NCBI GenBank assembly: GCA_964016885.1
Contig: OZ024758.1
Span: forward strand, 35,526,001 to 35,590,000
Direction of reading: 5' to 3'
DNA length: 64,000 nt
Source of the DNA: Eledone cirrhosa
Taxonomy: Eukaryota
Shown here: in pieces, positions 29,201 through 41,700 of the stretch
Layout of the letters: each line of letters opens with the position of its first letter
Numbering within the stretch: the first letter of the stretch is position 1
The notes under the pieces: model-generated
Told to the model about the DNA's origin: nothing
Seen by the model: only the letters and a program-made list of their open reading frames with translations
Database searches by the model: none
Made by a program: the position numbers and the translations under genes

Positions 29201-31900
29201 GAATTCATTTAAGTTCATGGTATTAGCTGTCAGAAGTAACTCCACTGTTGGTGAGAATTCATTTAAGTTCATGGTACTACCTGTCAGAAGTAACTCCACT
29301 GTTGGTGAGAATTCATTTAAGTTCATGGTATTAGCTGTCAGAAGTAACTCCAATGTTGGTTAGAATTCATTTAAGTTCATGGTATTAGCTGTCAGAAGTA
29401 ACTCCACTGTTGGTGAGAATTCATTTAAGTTCATGGTATTAGCTGTCAGAAGTAACTCCACTGTTGGTGAGAATTCATTTAAGTTCATGGTACTAGCTGT
29501 CAGAAGTAACTCCACTGTTGGTGAGAATTCATTTAAGTTCATGGTATTAGTTTGTCAGAAGTAACTCCACTGTTGGTGAGAATTCATTTAATTAATGGTA
29601 TTAGTTGTCAGAAGTAACTCCAATGTTGGTGAGAATTCATTTAAGTTCATGGTACTAGCTGTCAGAAGTAACTCCACTGTTGGTGAGAATTCATTTAAGT
29701 TCATGGTATTAGCTGTCAGAAGTAACTCCACTGTTGGTGAGAATTCATTTAAGTTCATGGTATTAGCTGTCAGAAGTAACTGCACTGTTGGTGAGAATTC
29801 ATTTAAGTTCATGGTACTAGCTGTCAGAAGTAACTCCACTGTTGGTGAGAATTCATTTAAGTTCATGGTATTAGTTTGTCAGAAGTAACTCCACTGTTGG
29901 TGAGAATTCATTTAAGTCATGGTATTAGTTGTCAGAAGTAACTCCAATGTTGGTGAGAATTCATTTAAGTCATAGTACTAGCTGTCAGAAGTAACTCCAA
30001 TGTTGGTGAGAATTCATTTTAGTTCATGGTATTAGCTGTCAGAAGGAACTCCACTGTTGGTGAGAAATCATTTAAGTTCATGGTATTAGCTGTCAGAAGT
30101 AACTTCACTGTTGGTGAGAATTCATTTAAGTTCATGGTACTAGCTGTCAGAAGTAACTCCAATGTTGGTGAGAATTCATTTAAGTTCATGGTATTAGCTG
30201 TCAGAAGTAACTCCACTGTTGGTGAGAATTCATTTAAGTTCATGGTATTAGCTGTCAGAAGTAACTCCACTGTTGGTGAGAATTCATTTAAGTTCATGGT
30301 ACTACCTGTCAGAAGTAACTCCACTGTTGGTGAGAATTCATTTAAGTTCATGGTATTAGCTGTCAGAAGTAACTCCAATGTTGGTGAGAATTCATTTAAG
30401 TTCATGGTATTAGCTGTCAGAAGTAACTCCACTGTTGGTGAGAATTCATTTAAGTTCATGGTATTAGCTGTCAGAAGTAACTCCACTGTTGGTGAGAATT
30501 CATTTAAGTTCATGGTACTAGCTGTCAGAAGTAACTCCACTGTTGGTGAGAATTCATTTAAGTTCATGGTATTAGTTTGTCAGAAGTAACTCCACTGTTG
30601 GTGAGAATTCATTTAATTCATGGTATTAGTTGTCAGAAGTAACTCCAATGTTGGTGAGAATTCATTTAAGTTCATGGTACTAGCTGTCAGAAGTAACTCC
30701 ACTGTTGGTGAGAATTCATTTAAGTTCATGGTATTAGCTGTCAGAAGTAACTCCACTGTTGGTGAGAATTCATTTAAGTTCATGGTATTAGCTGTCAGAA
30801 GGAACTCCACTGTTGGTGAGAATTCATTTAAGTTCATGGTACTAGCTGTCAGAAGTAACTCCACTGTTGGTGAGAATTCATTTAAGTTCATGGTATTAGT
30901 TTGTCAGAAGTAACTCCACTGTTGGTGAGAATTCATTTAAGTCATGGTATTAGTTGTCAGAAGTAACTCCAATGTTGGTGAGAATTCATTTAAGTCATGG
31001 TACTAGCTGTCAGAAGTAACTCCAATGTTGGTGAGAATTCATTTAAGTTCATGGTATTAGCTGTCAGAAGGAACTCCACTGTTGGTGATAATTCATTTAA
31101 GTTCATGGTATTAGCTGTCAGAAGTAACTCCACTGTTGGTGAGAATTCATTTAAGTTCATGGTACTAGCTGTCAGAAGTAACTCCAATGTTGGTGAGAAT
31201 TCATTTAAGTTCATGGTATTAGCTGTCAGAAGTAACTCCACTGTTGGTGAGAATTCATTTAAGTCATGGTATTAGCTGTCAGAAGTAACTCCAATGTTGG
31301 TGAGAATTCATTTAAGTTCATGGTATTAGCTGTCAGAAGTAACTCCACTGTTGGTGAGAATTCATTTAAGTTCATGGTATTAGCTGTCAGAAGTAACTCC
31401 ACTGTTGGTGAGAATTCATTTAAATCATGGTATTAGTTGTCAGAAGTAACTCCAATGTTGGTGAGAATTCATTTAAGTTCATGGTACTAGCTGTCAGAAG
31501 TAACTCCACTGTTGGTGAGAATTCATTTAAGTTCATGGTATTAGTTTGTCAGAAGTAACTCCACTGTTGGTGAGAATTCATTTAAGTCATGGTATTAGTT
31601 GTCAGAAGTAACTCCAATGTTGGTGAGAATTCATTTAAGTCATGGTACTAGCTGACAGAAGTAACTCCAATGTTGGTTAGAATTCATTTAAGTTCATGGT
31701 ATTAGCTGTCAGAAGGAACTCCACTGTTGGTGAGAATTCATTTAAGTTCATGGTATTAGCTGTCAGAAGTAACTCCACTGTTGGTGAGAATTCATTTAAG
31801 TTCATGGTACTAGCTGTCAGAAGTAACTCCAGTGTTGGTGAGAATTCATTTAAGTTCATGGTATTAGTTTGTCAGAAGTAACTCCACTGTTGGTGAGAAT
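20220..31900. repeat. Higher-order repeat of about 3,718 bp (about 69 monomers), about three copies with whole-monomer indels
   Basis: The offset is 3718 at 20380/24098, 20703/24421, 26902/30620, 27279/30997 and 27978/31696. The marker TACTAGATTTCAG lies at about 20282, 24000 and 28257. The 4257 spacing equals 3718 - 162 + 701. Confidence 0.85.
25450..26880. repeat. Local tandem duplication, period 701 bp (13 monomers)
   Basis: Near-identical blocks lie at 25607-26170 and 26308-26871. Both carry the GTCATAGTAC, ATTTTAG, GAGAAATC, AACTTCAC and TACTACCTG variants. Confidence 0.85.
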
Positions 31901-34900
31901 TCATTTAAGTCATGGTATTAGTTGTCAGAAGTAACTCCAATGTTGGTGAGAATTCATTTAAGTCATGGTACTAGCTGTCAGAAGTAACTCCAATGTTGGT
32001 GAGAATTCATTTTAGTTCATGGTATTAGCTGTCAGAAGGAACTCCACTGTTGGTGAGAAATCATTTAAGTTCATGGTATTAGCTGTCAGAAGAAACTTCA
32101 CTGTTGGTGAGAATTCATTTAAGTTCATGGTACTAGCTGTCAGAAGTAACTCCAATGTTGGTGAGAATTCATTTAAGTTCATGGTATTAGCTGTCAGAAG
32201 TAACTCCACTGTTGGTGAGAATTCATTTAAGTTCATGGTATTAGCTGTCAGAAGTAACTCCACTGTTGGTGAGAATTCATTTAAGTTCATGGTACTAGCT
32301 GTCAGAAGTAACTCCACTGTTGGTGAGAATTCATTTAAGTTCATGGTATTAGCTGTCAGAAGTAACTCCAATGTTGGTGAGAATTCATTTAAGTTCATGG
32401 TATTAGCTGTCAGAAGTAACTCCACTGTTGGTGAGAATTCATTTAAGTTCATGGTATTAGCTGTCAGAAGTAACTCCACTGTTGGTGAGAATTCATTTAA
32501 GTTCATGGTATTAGTTTGTCAGAAGTAACTCCACTGTTGGTGAGAATTCATTTAAGTCATGGTATTAGTTGTCAGAAGTAACTCCAATGTTGGTGAGAAT
32601 TCATTTAAGTTCATGGTATTAGTTTGTCAGAAGTAACTCCACTGTTGGTGAGAATTCATTTAAGTCATGGTATTAGTTGTCAGAAGTAACTCCAATGTTG
32701 GTGAGAATTCATTTAAGTTCATGGTACTAGCTGTCAGAAGTAACTCCACTGTTGGTGAGAATTCATTTAAGTTCATGGTATTAGCTGTCAGAAGTAACTC
32801 CACTGTTGGTGAGAATTCATTTAAGTTCATGGTATTAGTTTGTCAGAAGTAACTCCACTGTTGGTGAGAATTCATTTAAGTCATGGTATTAGTTGTCAGA
32901 AGTAACTCCAATGTTGGTGAGAATTCATTTAAGTCATGGTATTAGTTGTCAGAAGTAATTCCAATGTTGGTGAGAATTCATTTAAGTCATGGTACTAGCT
33001 GTCAGAAGTAACTCCAATGTTGGTGAGAATTCATTTAAGTTCATGGTATTAGCTGTCAGAAGTAACTCCAATGTTGGTGAGAATTCATTTAAGTCATGGT
33101 ACTAGCTGTCAGAAGTAACTCCAATGTTGGTGAGAATTCATTTAAGTTCATGGTATTAGCTGTCAGAAGTAACTCCACTGTTGGTGAGAATTCATTTAAG
33201 TTAGAATGGTACTAGCTGTCAGAGGTAACTCCACTGTTGGTGAGAATTCATTTAAGTTCATGGTATTAGTTTGTCAGAAGTAACTCCACTGTTGGTGAGA
33301 ATTCATTTAAGTCATGGTATTAGTTGTCAGAAGTAACTCCAATGTTGGTGAGAATTCATTTAAGTCATGGTACTAGCTGTCAGAAGTAACTCCAATGTTG
33401 GTGAGAATTCATTTAAGTTCATGGTATTAGCTGTCAGAAGGAACTCCACTGTTGGTGAGAATTCATTTAAGTTCATGGTACTAGCTGTCAGAAGTAACTC
33501 CACTGTTGGTGAGAATTCATTTAAGTTCATGGTATTAGTTTGTCAGAAGTAACTCCACTGTTGGTGAGAATTCATTTAAGTCATGGTATTAGTTGTCAGA
33601 AGTAACTCCAATGTTGGTGAGAATTCATTTAAGTCATGGTACTAGCTGTCAGAAGTAACTCCAATGTTGGTGAGAATTCATTTAAGTTCATGGTATTAGC
33701 TGTCAGAAGGAACTCCACTGTTGGTGATAATTCATTTAAGTTCATGGTATTAGCTGTCAGAAGTAACTCCACTGTTGGTGAGAATTCATTTAAGTTCATG
33801 GTACTAGCTGTCAGAAGTAACTCCAATGTTGGTGAGAATTCATTTAAGTTCATGGTATTAGCTGTCAGAAGTAACTCCACTGTTGGTGAGAATTCATTTA
33901 AGTCATGGTATTAGCTGTCAGAAGTAACTCCAATGTTGGTGAGAATTCATTTAAGTTCATGGTATTAGCTGTCAGAAGTAACTCCACTGTTGGTGAGAAT
34001 TCATTTAAGTTCATGGTATTAGCTGTCAGAAGTAACTCCACTGTTGGTGAGAATTCATTTAAATCATGGTATTAGTTGTCAGAAGTAACTCCAATGTTGG
34101 TGAGAATTCATTTAAGTTCATGGTACTAGCTGTCAGAAGTAACTCCACTGTTGGTGAGAATTCATTTAAGTTCATGGTATTAGTTTGTCAGAAGTAACTC
34201 CACTGTTGGTGAGAATTCATTTAAGTCATGGTATTAGTTGTCAGAAGTAACTCCAATGTTGGTGAGAATTCATTTAAGTCATGGTACTAGCTGACAGAAG
34301 TAACTCCAATGTTGGTTAGAATTCATTTAAGTTCATGGTATTAGCTGTCAGAAGGAACTCCACTGTTGGTGAGAATTCATTTAAGTTCATGGTATTAGCT
34401 GTCAGAAGTAACTCCACTGTTGGTGAGAATTCATTTAAGTTCATGGTACTAGCTGTCAGAAGTAACTCCAGTGTTGGTGAGAATTCATTTAAGTTCATGG
34501 TATTAGTTTGTCAGAAGTAACTCCACTGTTGGTGAGAATTCATTTAAGTCATGGTATTAGCTGTCAGAAGTAACTCCATTGTTGGTGAGAATTCATTTAA
34601 GTCATGGTACTAGATTTCAGAAGTAACTCCACTGTTGGTGAGAATTCATTTAAGTTCATGGTATTAGTTTGTCAGAAGTAACTCCACTGTTGGTGAGAAT
34701 TCATTTAAGTCATGGTATTAGTTGTCAGAAGTAACTCCAATGTTGGTGAGAATTCATTTAAGTTCATGGTACTAGCTGTCAGAAGTAACTCCATTGTTGG
34801 TGAGAATTCATTTAAGTTCATGGTACTAGCTGTCAGAAGTAACTCCACTGTTGGTGAGAATTCATTTAAGTTCATGGTATTAGTTTGTCAGAACTAACTC

Positions 34901-36229
34901 CACTGTTGGTGAGAATTCATTTAAGTCATGGTATTAGTTGTCAGAATTAACTCCAATGTTGGTGAGAATTCATTTAAGTCATGGTACTAGCTGTCAGAAG
35001 TAACTCCAATGTTGGTTAGAATTCATTTAAGTTCATGGTATTAGCTGTCAGAAGGAACTCCACTGTTGGTGAGAATTCATTTAAGTTCATGGTATTAGCT
35101 GTCAGAAGTAACTCCACTGTTGGTGAGAATTCATTTAAGTTCATGGTACTAGCTGTCAGAAGTAACTCCACTGTTGGTGAGAATTCATTTAAGTTCATGG
35201 TATTAGTTTGTCAGAAGTAACTCCACTGTTGGTGAGAATTCATTTAAGTCATGGTATTAGTTGTCAGAAGTAACTCCAATGTTGGTGAGAATTCATTTAA
35301 GTCATAGTACTAGCTGTCAGAAGTAACTCCAATGTTGGTGAGAATTCATTTTAGTTCATGGTATTAGCTGTCAGAAGGAACTCCACTGTTGGTGAGAAAT
35401 CATTTAAGTTCATGGTATTAGCTGTCAGAAGTAACTTCACTGTTGGTGAGAATTCATTTAAGTTCATGGTACTAGCTGTCAGAAGTAACTCCAATGTTGG
35501 TGAGAATTCATTTAAGTTCATGGTATTAGCTGTCAGAAGTAACTCCACTGTTGGTGAGAATTCATTTAAGTTCATGGTATTAGCTGTCAGAAGTAACTCC
35601 ACTGTTGGTGAGAATTCATTTAAGTTCATGGTACTACCTGTCAGAAGTAACTCCACTGTTGGTGAGAATTCATTTAAGTTCATGGTATTAGCTGTCAGAA
35701 GTAACTCCAATGTTGGTTAGAATTCATTTAAGTTCATGGTATTAGCTGTCAGAAGTAACTCCACTGTTGGTGAGAATTCATTTAAGTTCATGGTATTAGC
35801 TGTCAGAAGTAACTCCACTGTTGGTGAGAATTCATTTAAGTTCATGGTACTAGCTGTCAGAAGTAACTCCACTGTTGGTGAGAATTCATTTAAGTTCATG
35901 GTATTAGTTTGTCAGAAGTAACTCCACTGTTGGTGAGAATTCATTTAATTAATGGTATTAGTTGTCAGAAGTAACTCCAATGTTGGTGAGAATTCATTTA
36001 AGTTCATGGTACTAGCTGTCAGAAGTAACTCCACTGTTGGTGAGAATTCATTTAAGTTCATGGTATTAGCTGTCAGAAGTAACTCCACTGTTGGTGAGAA
36101 TTCATTTAAGTTCATGGTATTAGCTGTCAGAAGTAACTGCACTGTTGGTGAGAATTCATTTAAGTTCATGGTACTAGCTGTCAGAAGTAACTCCACTGTT
36201 GGTGAGAATTCATTTAAGTTCATGGTATT

Positions 36230-37650
36230 AGTTTGTCAGAAGTAACTCCACTGTTGGTGAGAATTCATTTAAGTCATGGTATTAGTTGTCAGAAGTAACT
36301 CCAATGTTGGTGAGAATTCATTTAAGTCATAGTACTAGCTGTCAGAAGTAACTCCAATGTTGGTGAGAATTCATTTTAGTTCATGGTATTAGCTGTCAGA
36401 AGGAACTCCACTGTTGGTGAGAAATCATTTAAGTTCATGGTATTAGCTGTCAGAAGTAACTTCACTGTTGGTGAGAATTCATTTAAGTTCATGGTACTAG
36501 CTGTCAGAAGTAACTCCAATGTTGGTGAGAATTCATTTAAGTTCATGGTATTAGCTGTCAGAAGTAACTCCACTGTTGGTGAGAATTCATTTAAGTTCAT
36601 GGTATTAGCTGTCAGAAGTAACTCCACTGTTGGTGAGAATTCATTTAAGTTCATGGTACTACCTGTCAGAAGTAACTCCACTGTTGGTGAGAATTCATTT
36701 AAGTTCATGGTATTAGCTGTCAGAAGTAACTCCAATGTTGGTGAGAATTCATTTAAGTTCATGGTATTAGCTGTCAGAAGTAACTCCACTGTTGGTGAGA
36801 ATTCATTTAAGTTCATGGTATTAGCTGTCAGAAGTAACTCCACTGTTGGTGAGAATTCATTTAAGTTCATGGTACTAGCTGTCAGAAGTAACTCCACTGT
36901 TGGTGAGAATTCATTTAAGTTCATGGTATTAGTTTGTCAGAAGTAACTCCACTGTTGGTGAGAATTCATTTAAGTCATGGTATTAGTTGTCAGAAGTAAC
37001 TCCAATGTTGGTGAGAATTCATTTAAGTCATAGTACTAGCTGTCAGAAGTAACTCCAATGTTGGTGAGAATTCATTTTAGTTCATGGTATTAGCTGTCAG
37101 AAGGAACTCCACTGTTGGTGAGAAATCATTTAAGTTCATGGTATTAGCTGTCAGAAGTAACTTCACTGTTGGTGAGAATTCATTTAAGTTCATGGTACTA
37201 GCTGTCAGAAGTAACTCCAATGTTGGTGAGAATTCATTTAAGTTCATGGTATTAGCTGTCAGAAGTAACTCCACTGTTGGTGAGAATTCATTTAAGTTCA
37301 TGGTATTAGCTGTCAGAAGTAACTCCACTGTTGGTGAGAATTCATTTAAGTTCATGGTACTACCTGTCAGAAGTAACTCCACTGTTGGTGAGAATTCATT
37401 TAAGTTCATGGTATTAGCTGTCAGAAGTAACTCCAATATTGGTGAGAATTCATTTAAGTTCATGGTATTAGCTGTCAGAAGTAACTCCACTGTTGGTGAG
37501 AATTCATTTAAGTTCATGGTATTAGCTGTCAGAAGTAACTCCACTGTTGGTGAGAATTCATTTAAGTTCATGGTACTAGCTGTCAGAAGTAACTCCACTG
37601 TTGGTGAGAATTCATTTAAGTTCATGGTATTAGTTTGTCAGAAGTAACTC
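36230..37650. repeat. Second copy of the 701-bp local duplication
   Basis: Blocks 36383-36946 and 37084-37647 are offset by 701 and carry the same variants as 25607/26308, including CCAATATT in the second unit. Confidence 0.85.
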
Positions 37651-38799
37651 CACTGTTGGTGAGAATTCATTTAATTCATGGTATTAGTTGTCAGAAGTAA
37701 CTCCAATGTTGGTGAGAATTCATTTAAGTTCATGGTACTAGCTGTCAGAAGTAACTCCACTGTTGGTGAGAATTCATTTAAGTTCATGGTATTAGCTGTC
37801 AGAAGTAACTCCACTGTTGGTGAGAATTCATTTAAGTTCATGGTATTAGCTGTCAGAAGGAACTCCACTGTTGGTGAGAATTCATTTAAGTTCATGGTAC
37901 TAGCTGTCAGAAGTAACTCCACTGTTGGTGAGAATTCATTTAAGTTCATGGTATTAGTTTGTCAGAAGTAACTCCACTGTTGGTGAGAATTCATTTAAGT
38001 CATGGTATTAGTTGTCAGAAGTAACTCCAATGTTGGTGAGAATTCATTTAAGTCATGGTACTAGCTGTCAGAAGTAACTCCAATGTTGGTGAGAATTCAT
38101 TTAAGTTCATGGTATTAGCTGTCAGAAGGAACTCCACTGTTGGTGATAATTCATTTAAGTTCATGGTATTAGCTGTCAGAAGTAACTCCACTGTTGGTGA
38201 GAATTCATTTAAGTTCATGGTACTAGCTGTCAGAAGTAACTCCAATGTTGGTGAGAATTCATTTAAGTTCATGGTATTAGCTGTCAGAAGTAACTCCACT
38301 GTTGGTGAGAATTCATTTAAGTCATGGTATTAGCTGTCAGAAGTAACTCCAATGTTGGTGAGAATTCATTTAAGTTCATGGTATTAGCTGTCAGAAGTAA
38401 CTCCACTGTTGGTGAGAATTCATTTAAGTTCATGGTATTAGCTGTCAGAAGTAACTCCACTGTTGGTGAGAATTCATTTAAATCATGGTATTAGTTGTCA
38501 GAAGTAACTCCAATGTTGGTGAGAATTCATTTAAGTTCATGGTACTAGCTGTCAGAAGTAACTCCACTGTTGGTGAGAATTCATTTAAGTTCATGGTATT
38601 AGTTTGTCAGAAGTAACTCCACTGTTGGTGAGAATTCATTTAAGTCATGGTATTAGTTGTCAGAAGTAACTCCAATGTTGGTGAGAATTCATTTAAGTCA
38701 TGGTACTAGCTGACAGAAGTAACTCCAATGTTGGTTAGAATTCATTTAAGTTCATGGTATTAGCTGTCAGAAGGAACTCCACTGTTGGTGAGAATTCAT

Positions 38800-41700
38800 T
38801 TAAGTTCATGGTATTAGCTGTCAGAAGTAACTCCACTGTTGGTGAGAATTCATTTAAGTTCATGGTACTAGCTGTCAGAAGTAACTCCAGTGTTGGTGAG
38901 AATTCATTTAAGTTCATGGTATTAGTTTGTCAGAAGTAACTCCACTGTTGGTGAGAATTCATTTAAGTCATGGTATTAGCTGTCAGAAGTAACTCCATTG
39001 TTGGTGAGAATTCATTTAAGTCATGGTACTAGATTTCAGAAGTAACTCCACTGTTGGTGAGAATTCATTTAAGTTCATGGTATTAGTTTGTCAGAAGTAA
39101 CTCCACTGTTGGTGAGAATTCATTTAAGTCATGGTATTAGTTGTCAGAAGTAACTCCAATGTTGGTGAGAATTCATTTAAGTTCATGGTACTAGCTGTCA
39201 GAAGTAACTCCATTGTTGGTGAGAATTCATTTAAGTTCATGGTACTAGCTGTCAGAAGTAACTCCACTGTTGGTGAGAATTCATTTAAGTTCATGGTATT
39301 AGTTTGTCAGAACTAACTCCACTGTTGGTGAGAATTCATTTAAGTCATGGTATTAGTTGTCAGAATTAACTCCAATGTTGGTGAGAATTCATTTAAGTCA
39401 TGGTACTAGCTGTCAGAAGTAACTCCAATGTTGGTTAGAATTCATTTAAGTTCATGGTATTAGCTGTCAGAAGGAACTCCACTGTTGGTGAGAATTCATT
39501 TAAGTTCATGGTATTAGCTGTCAGAAGTAACTCCACTGTTGGTGAGAATTCATTTAAGTTCATGGTACTAGCTGTCAGAAGTAACTCCACTGTTGGTGAG
39601 AATTCATTTAAGTTCATGGTATTAGTTTGTCAGAAGTAACTCCACTGTTGGTGAGAATTCATTTAAGTCATGGTATTAGTTGTCAGAAGTAACTCCAATG
39701 TTGGTGAGAATTCATTTAAGTCATAGTACTAGCTGTCAGAAGTAACTCCAATGTTGGTGAGAATTCATTTTAGTTCATGGTATTAGCTGTCAGAAGGAAC
39801 TCCACTGTTGGTGAGAAATCATTTAAGTTCATGGTATTAGCTGTCAGAAGTAACTTCACTGTTGGTGAGAATTCATTTAAGTTCATGGTACTAGCTGTCA
39901 GAAGTAACTCCAATGTTGGTGAGAATTCATTTAAGTTCATGGTATTAGCTGTCAGAAGTAACTCCACTGTTGGTGAGAATTCATTTAAGTTCATGGTATT
40001 AGCTGTCAGAAGTAACTCCACTGTTGGTGAGAATTCATTTAAGTTCATGGTACTACCTGTCAGAAGTAACTCCACTGTTGGTGAGAATTCATTTAAGTTC
40101 ATGGTATTAGCTGTCAGAAGTAACTCCAATGTTGGTTAGAATTCATTTAAGTTCATGGTATTAGCTGTCAGAAGTAACTCCACTGTTGGTGAGAATTCAT
40201 TTAAGTTCATGGTATTAGCTGTCAGAAGTAACTCCACTGTTGGTGAGAATTCATTTAAGTTCATGGTACTAGCTGTCAGAAGTAACTCCACTGTTGGTGA
40301 GAATTCATTTAAGTTCATGGTATTAGTTTGTCAGAAGTAACTCCACTGTTGGTGAGAATTCATTTAATTAATGGTATTAGTTGTCAGAAGTAACTCCAAT
40401 GTTGGTGAGAATTCATTTAAGTTCATGGTACTAGCTGTCAGAAGTAACTCCACTGTTGGTGAGAATTCATTTAAGTTCATGGTATTAGCTGTCAGAAGTA
40501 ACTCCACTGTTGGTGAGAATTCATTTAAGTTCATGGTATTAGCTGTCAGAAGTAACTGCACTGTTGGTGAGAATTCATTTAAGTTCATGGTACTAGCTGT
40601 CAGAAGTAACTCCACTGTTGGTGAGAATTCATTTAAGTTCATGGTATTAGTTTGTCAGAAGTAACTCCACTGTTGGTGAGAATTCATTTAAGTCATGGTA
40701 TTAGTTGTCAGAAGTAACTCCAATGTTGGTGAGAATTCATTTAAGTCATAGTACTAGCTGTCAGAAGTAACTCCAATGTTGGTGAGAATTCATTTTAGTT
40801 CATGGTATTAGCTGTCAGAAGGAACTCCACTGTTGGTGAGAAATCATTTAAGTTCATGGTATTAGCTGTCAGAAGTAACTTCACTGTTGGTGAGAATTCA
40901 TTTAAGTTCATGGTACTAGCTGTCAGAAGTAACTCCAATGTTGGTGAGAATTCATTTAAGTTCATGGTATTAGCTGTCAGAAGTAACTCCACTGTTGGTG
41001 AGAATTCATTTAAGTTCATGGTATTAGCTGTCAGAAGTAACTCCACTGTTGGTGAGAATTCATTTAAGTTCATGGTACTAGCTGTCAGAAGTAACTCCAC
41101 TGTTGGTGAGAATTCATTTAAGTTCATGGTATTAGTTTGTCAGAAGTAACTCCACTGTTGGTGAGAATTCATTTAATTCATGGTATTAGTTGTCAGAAGT
41201 AACTCCAATGTTGGTGAGAATTCATTTAAGTTCATGGTACTAGCTGTCAGAAGTAACTCCACTGTTGGTGAGAATTCATTTAAGTTCATGGTATTAGCTG
41301 TCAGAAGTAACTCCACTGTTGGTGAGAATTCATTTAAGTTCATGGTATTAGCTGTCAGAAGGAACTCCACTGTTGGTGAGAATTCATTTAAGTTCATGGT
41401 ACTAGCTGTCAGAAGTAACTCCACTGTTGGTGAGAATTCATTTAAGTTCATGGTATTAGTTTGTCAGAAGTAACTCCACTGTTGGTGAGAATTCATTTAA
41501 GTCATGGTATTAGTTGTCAGAAGTAACTCCAATGTTGGTGAGAATTCATTTAAGTCATGGTACTAGCTGTCAGAAGTAACTCCAATGTTGGTGAGAATTC
41601 ATTTAAGTTCATGGTATTAGCTGTCAGAAGGAACTCCACTGTTGGTGATAATTCATTTAAGTTCATGGTATTAGCTGTCAGAAGTAACTCCACTGTTGGT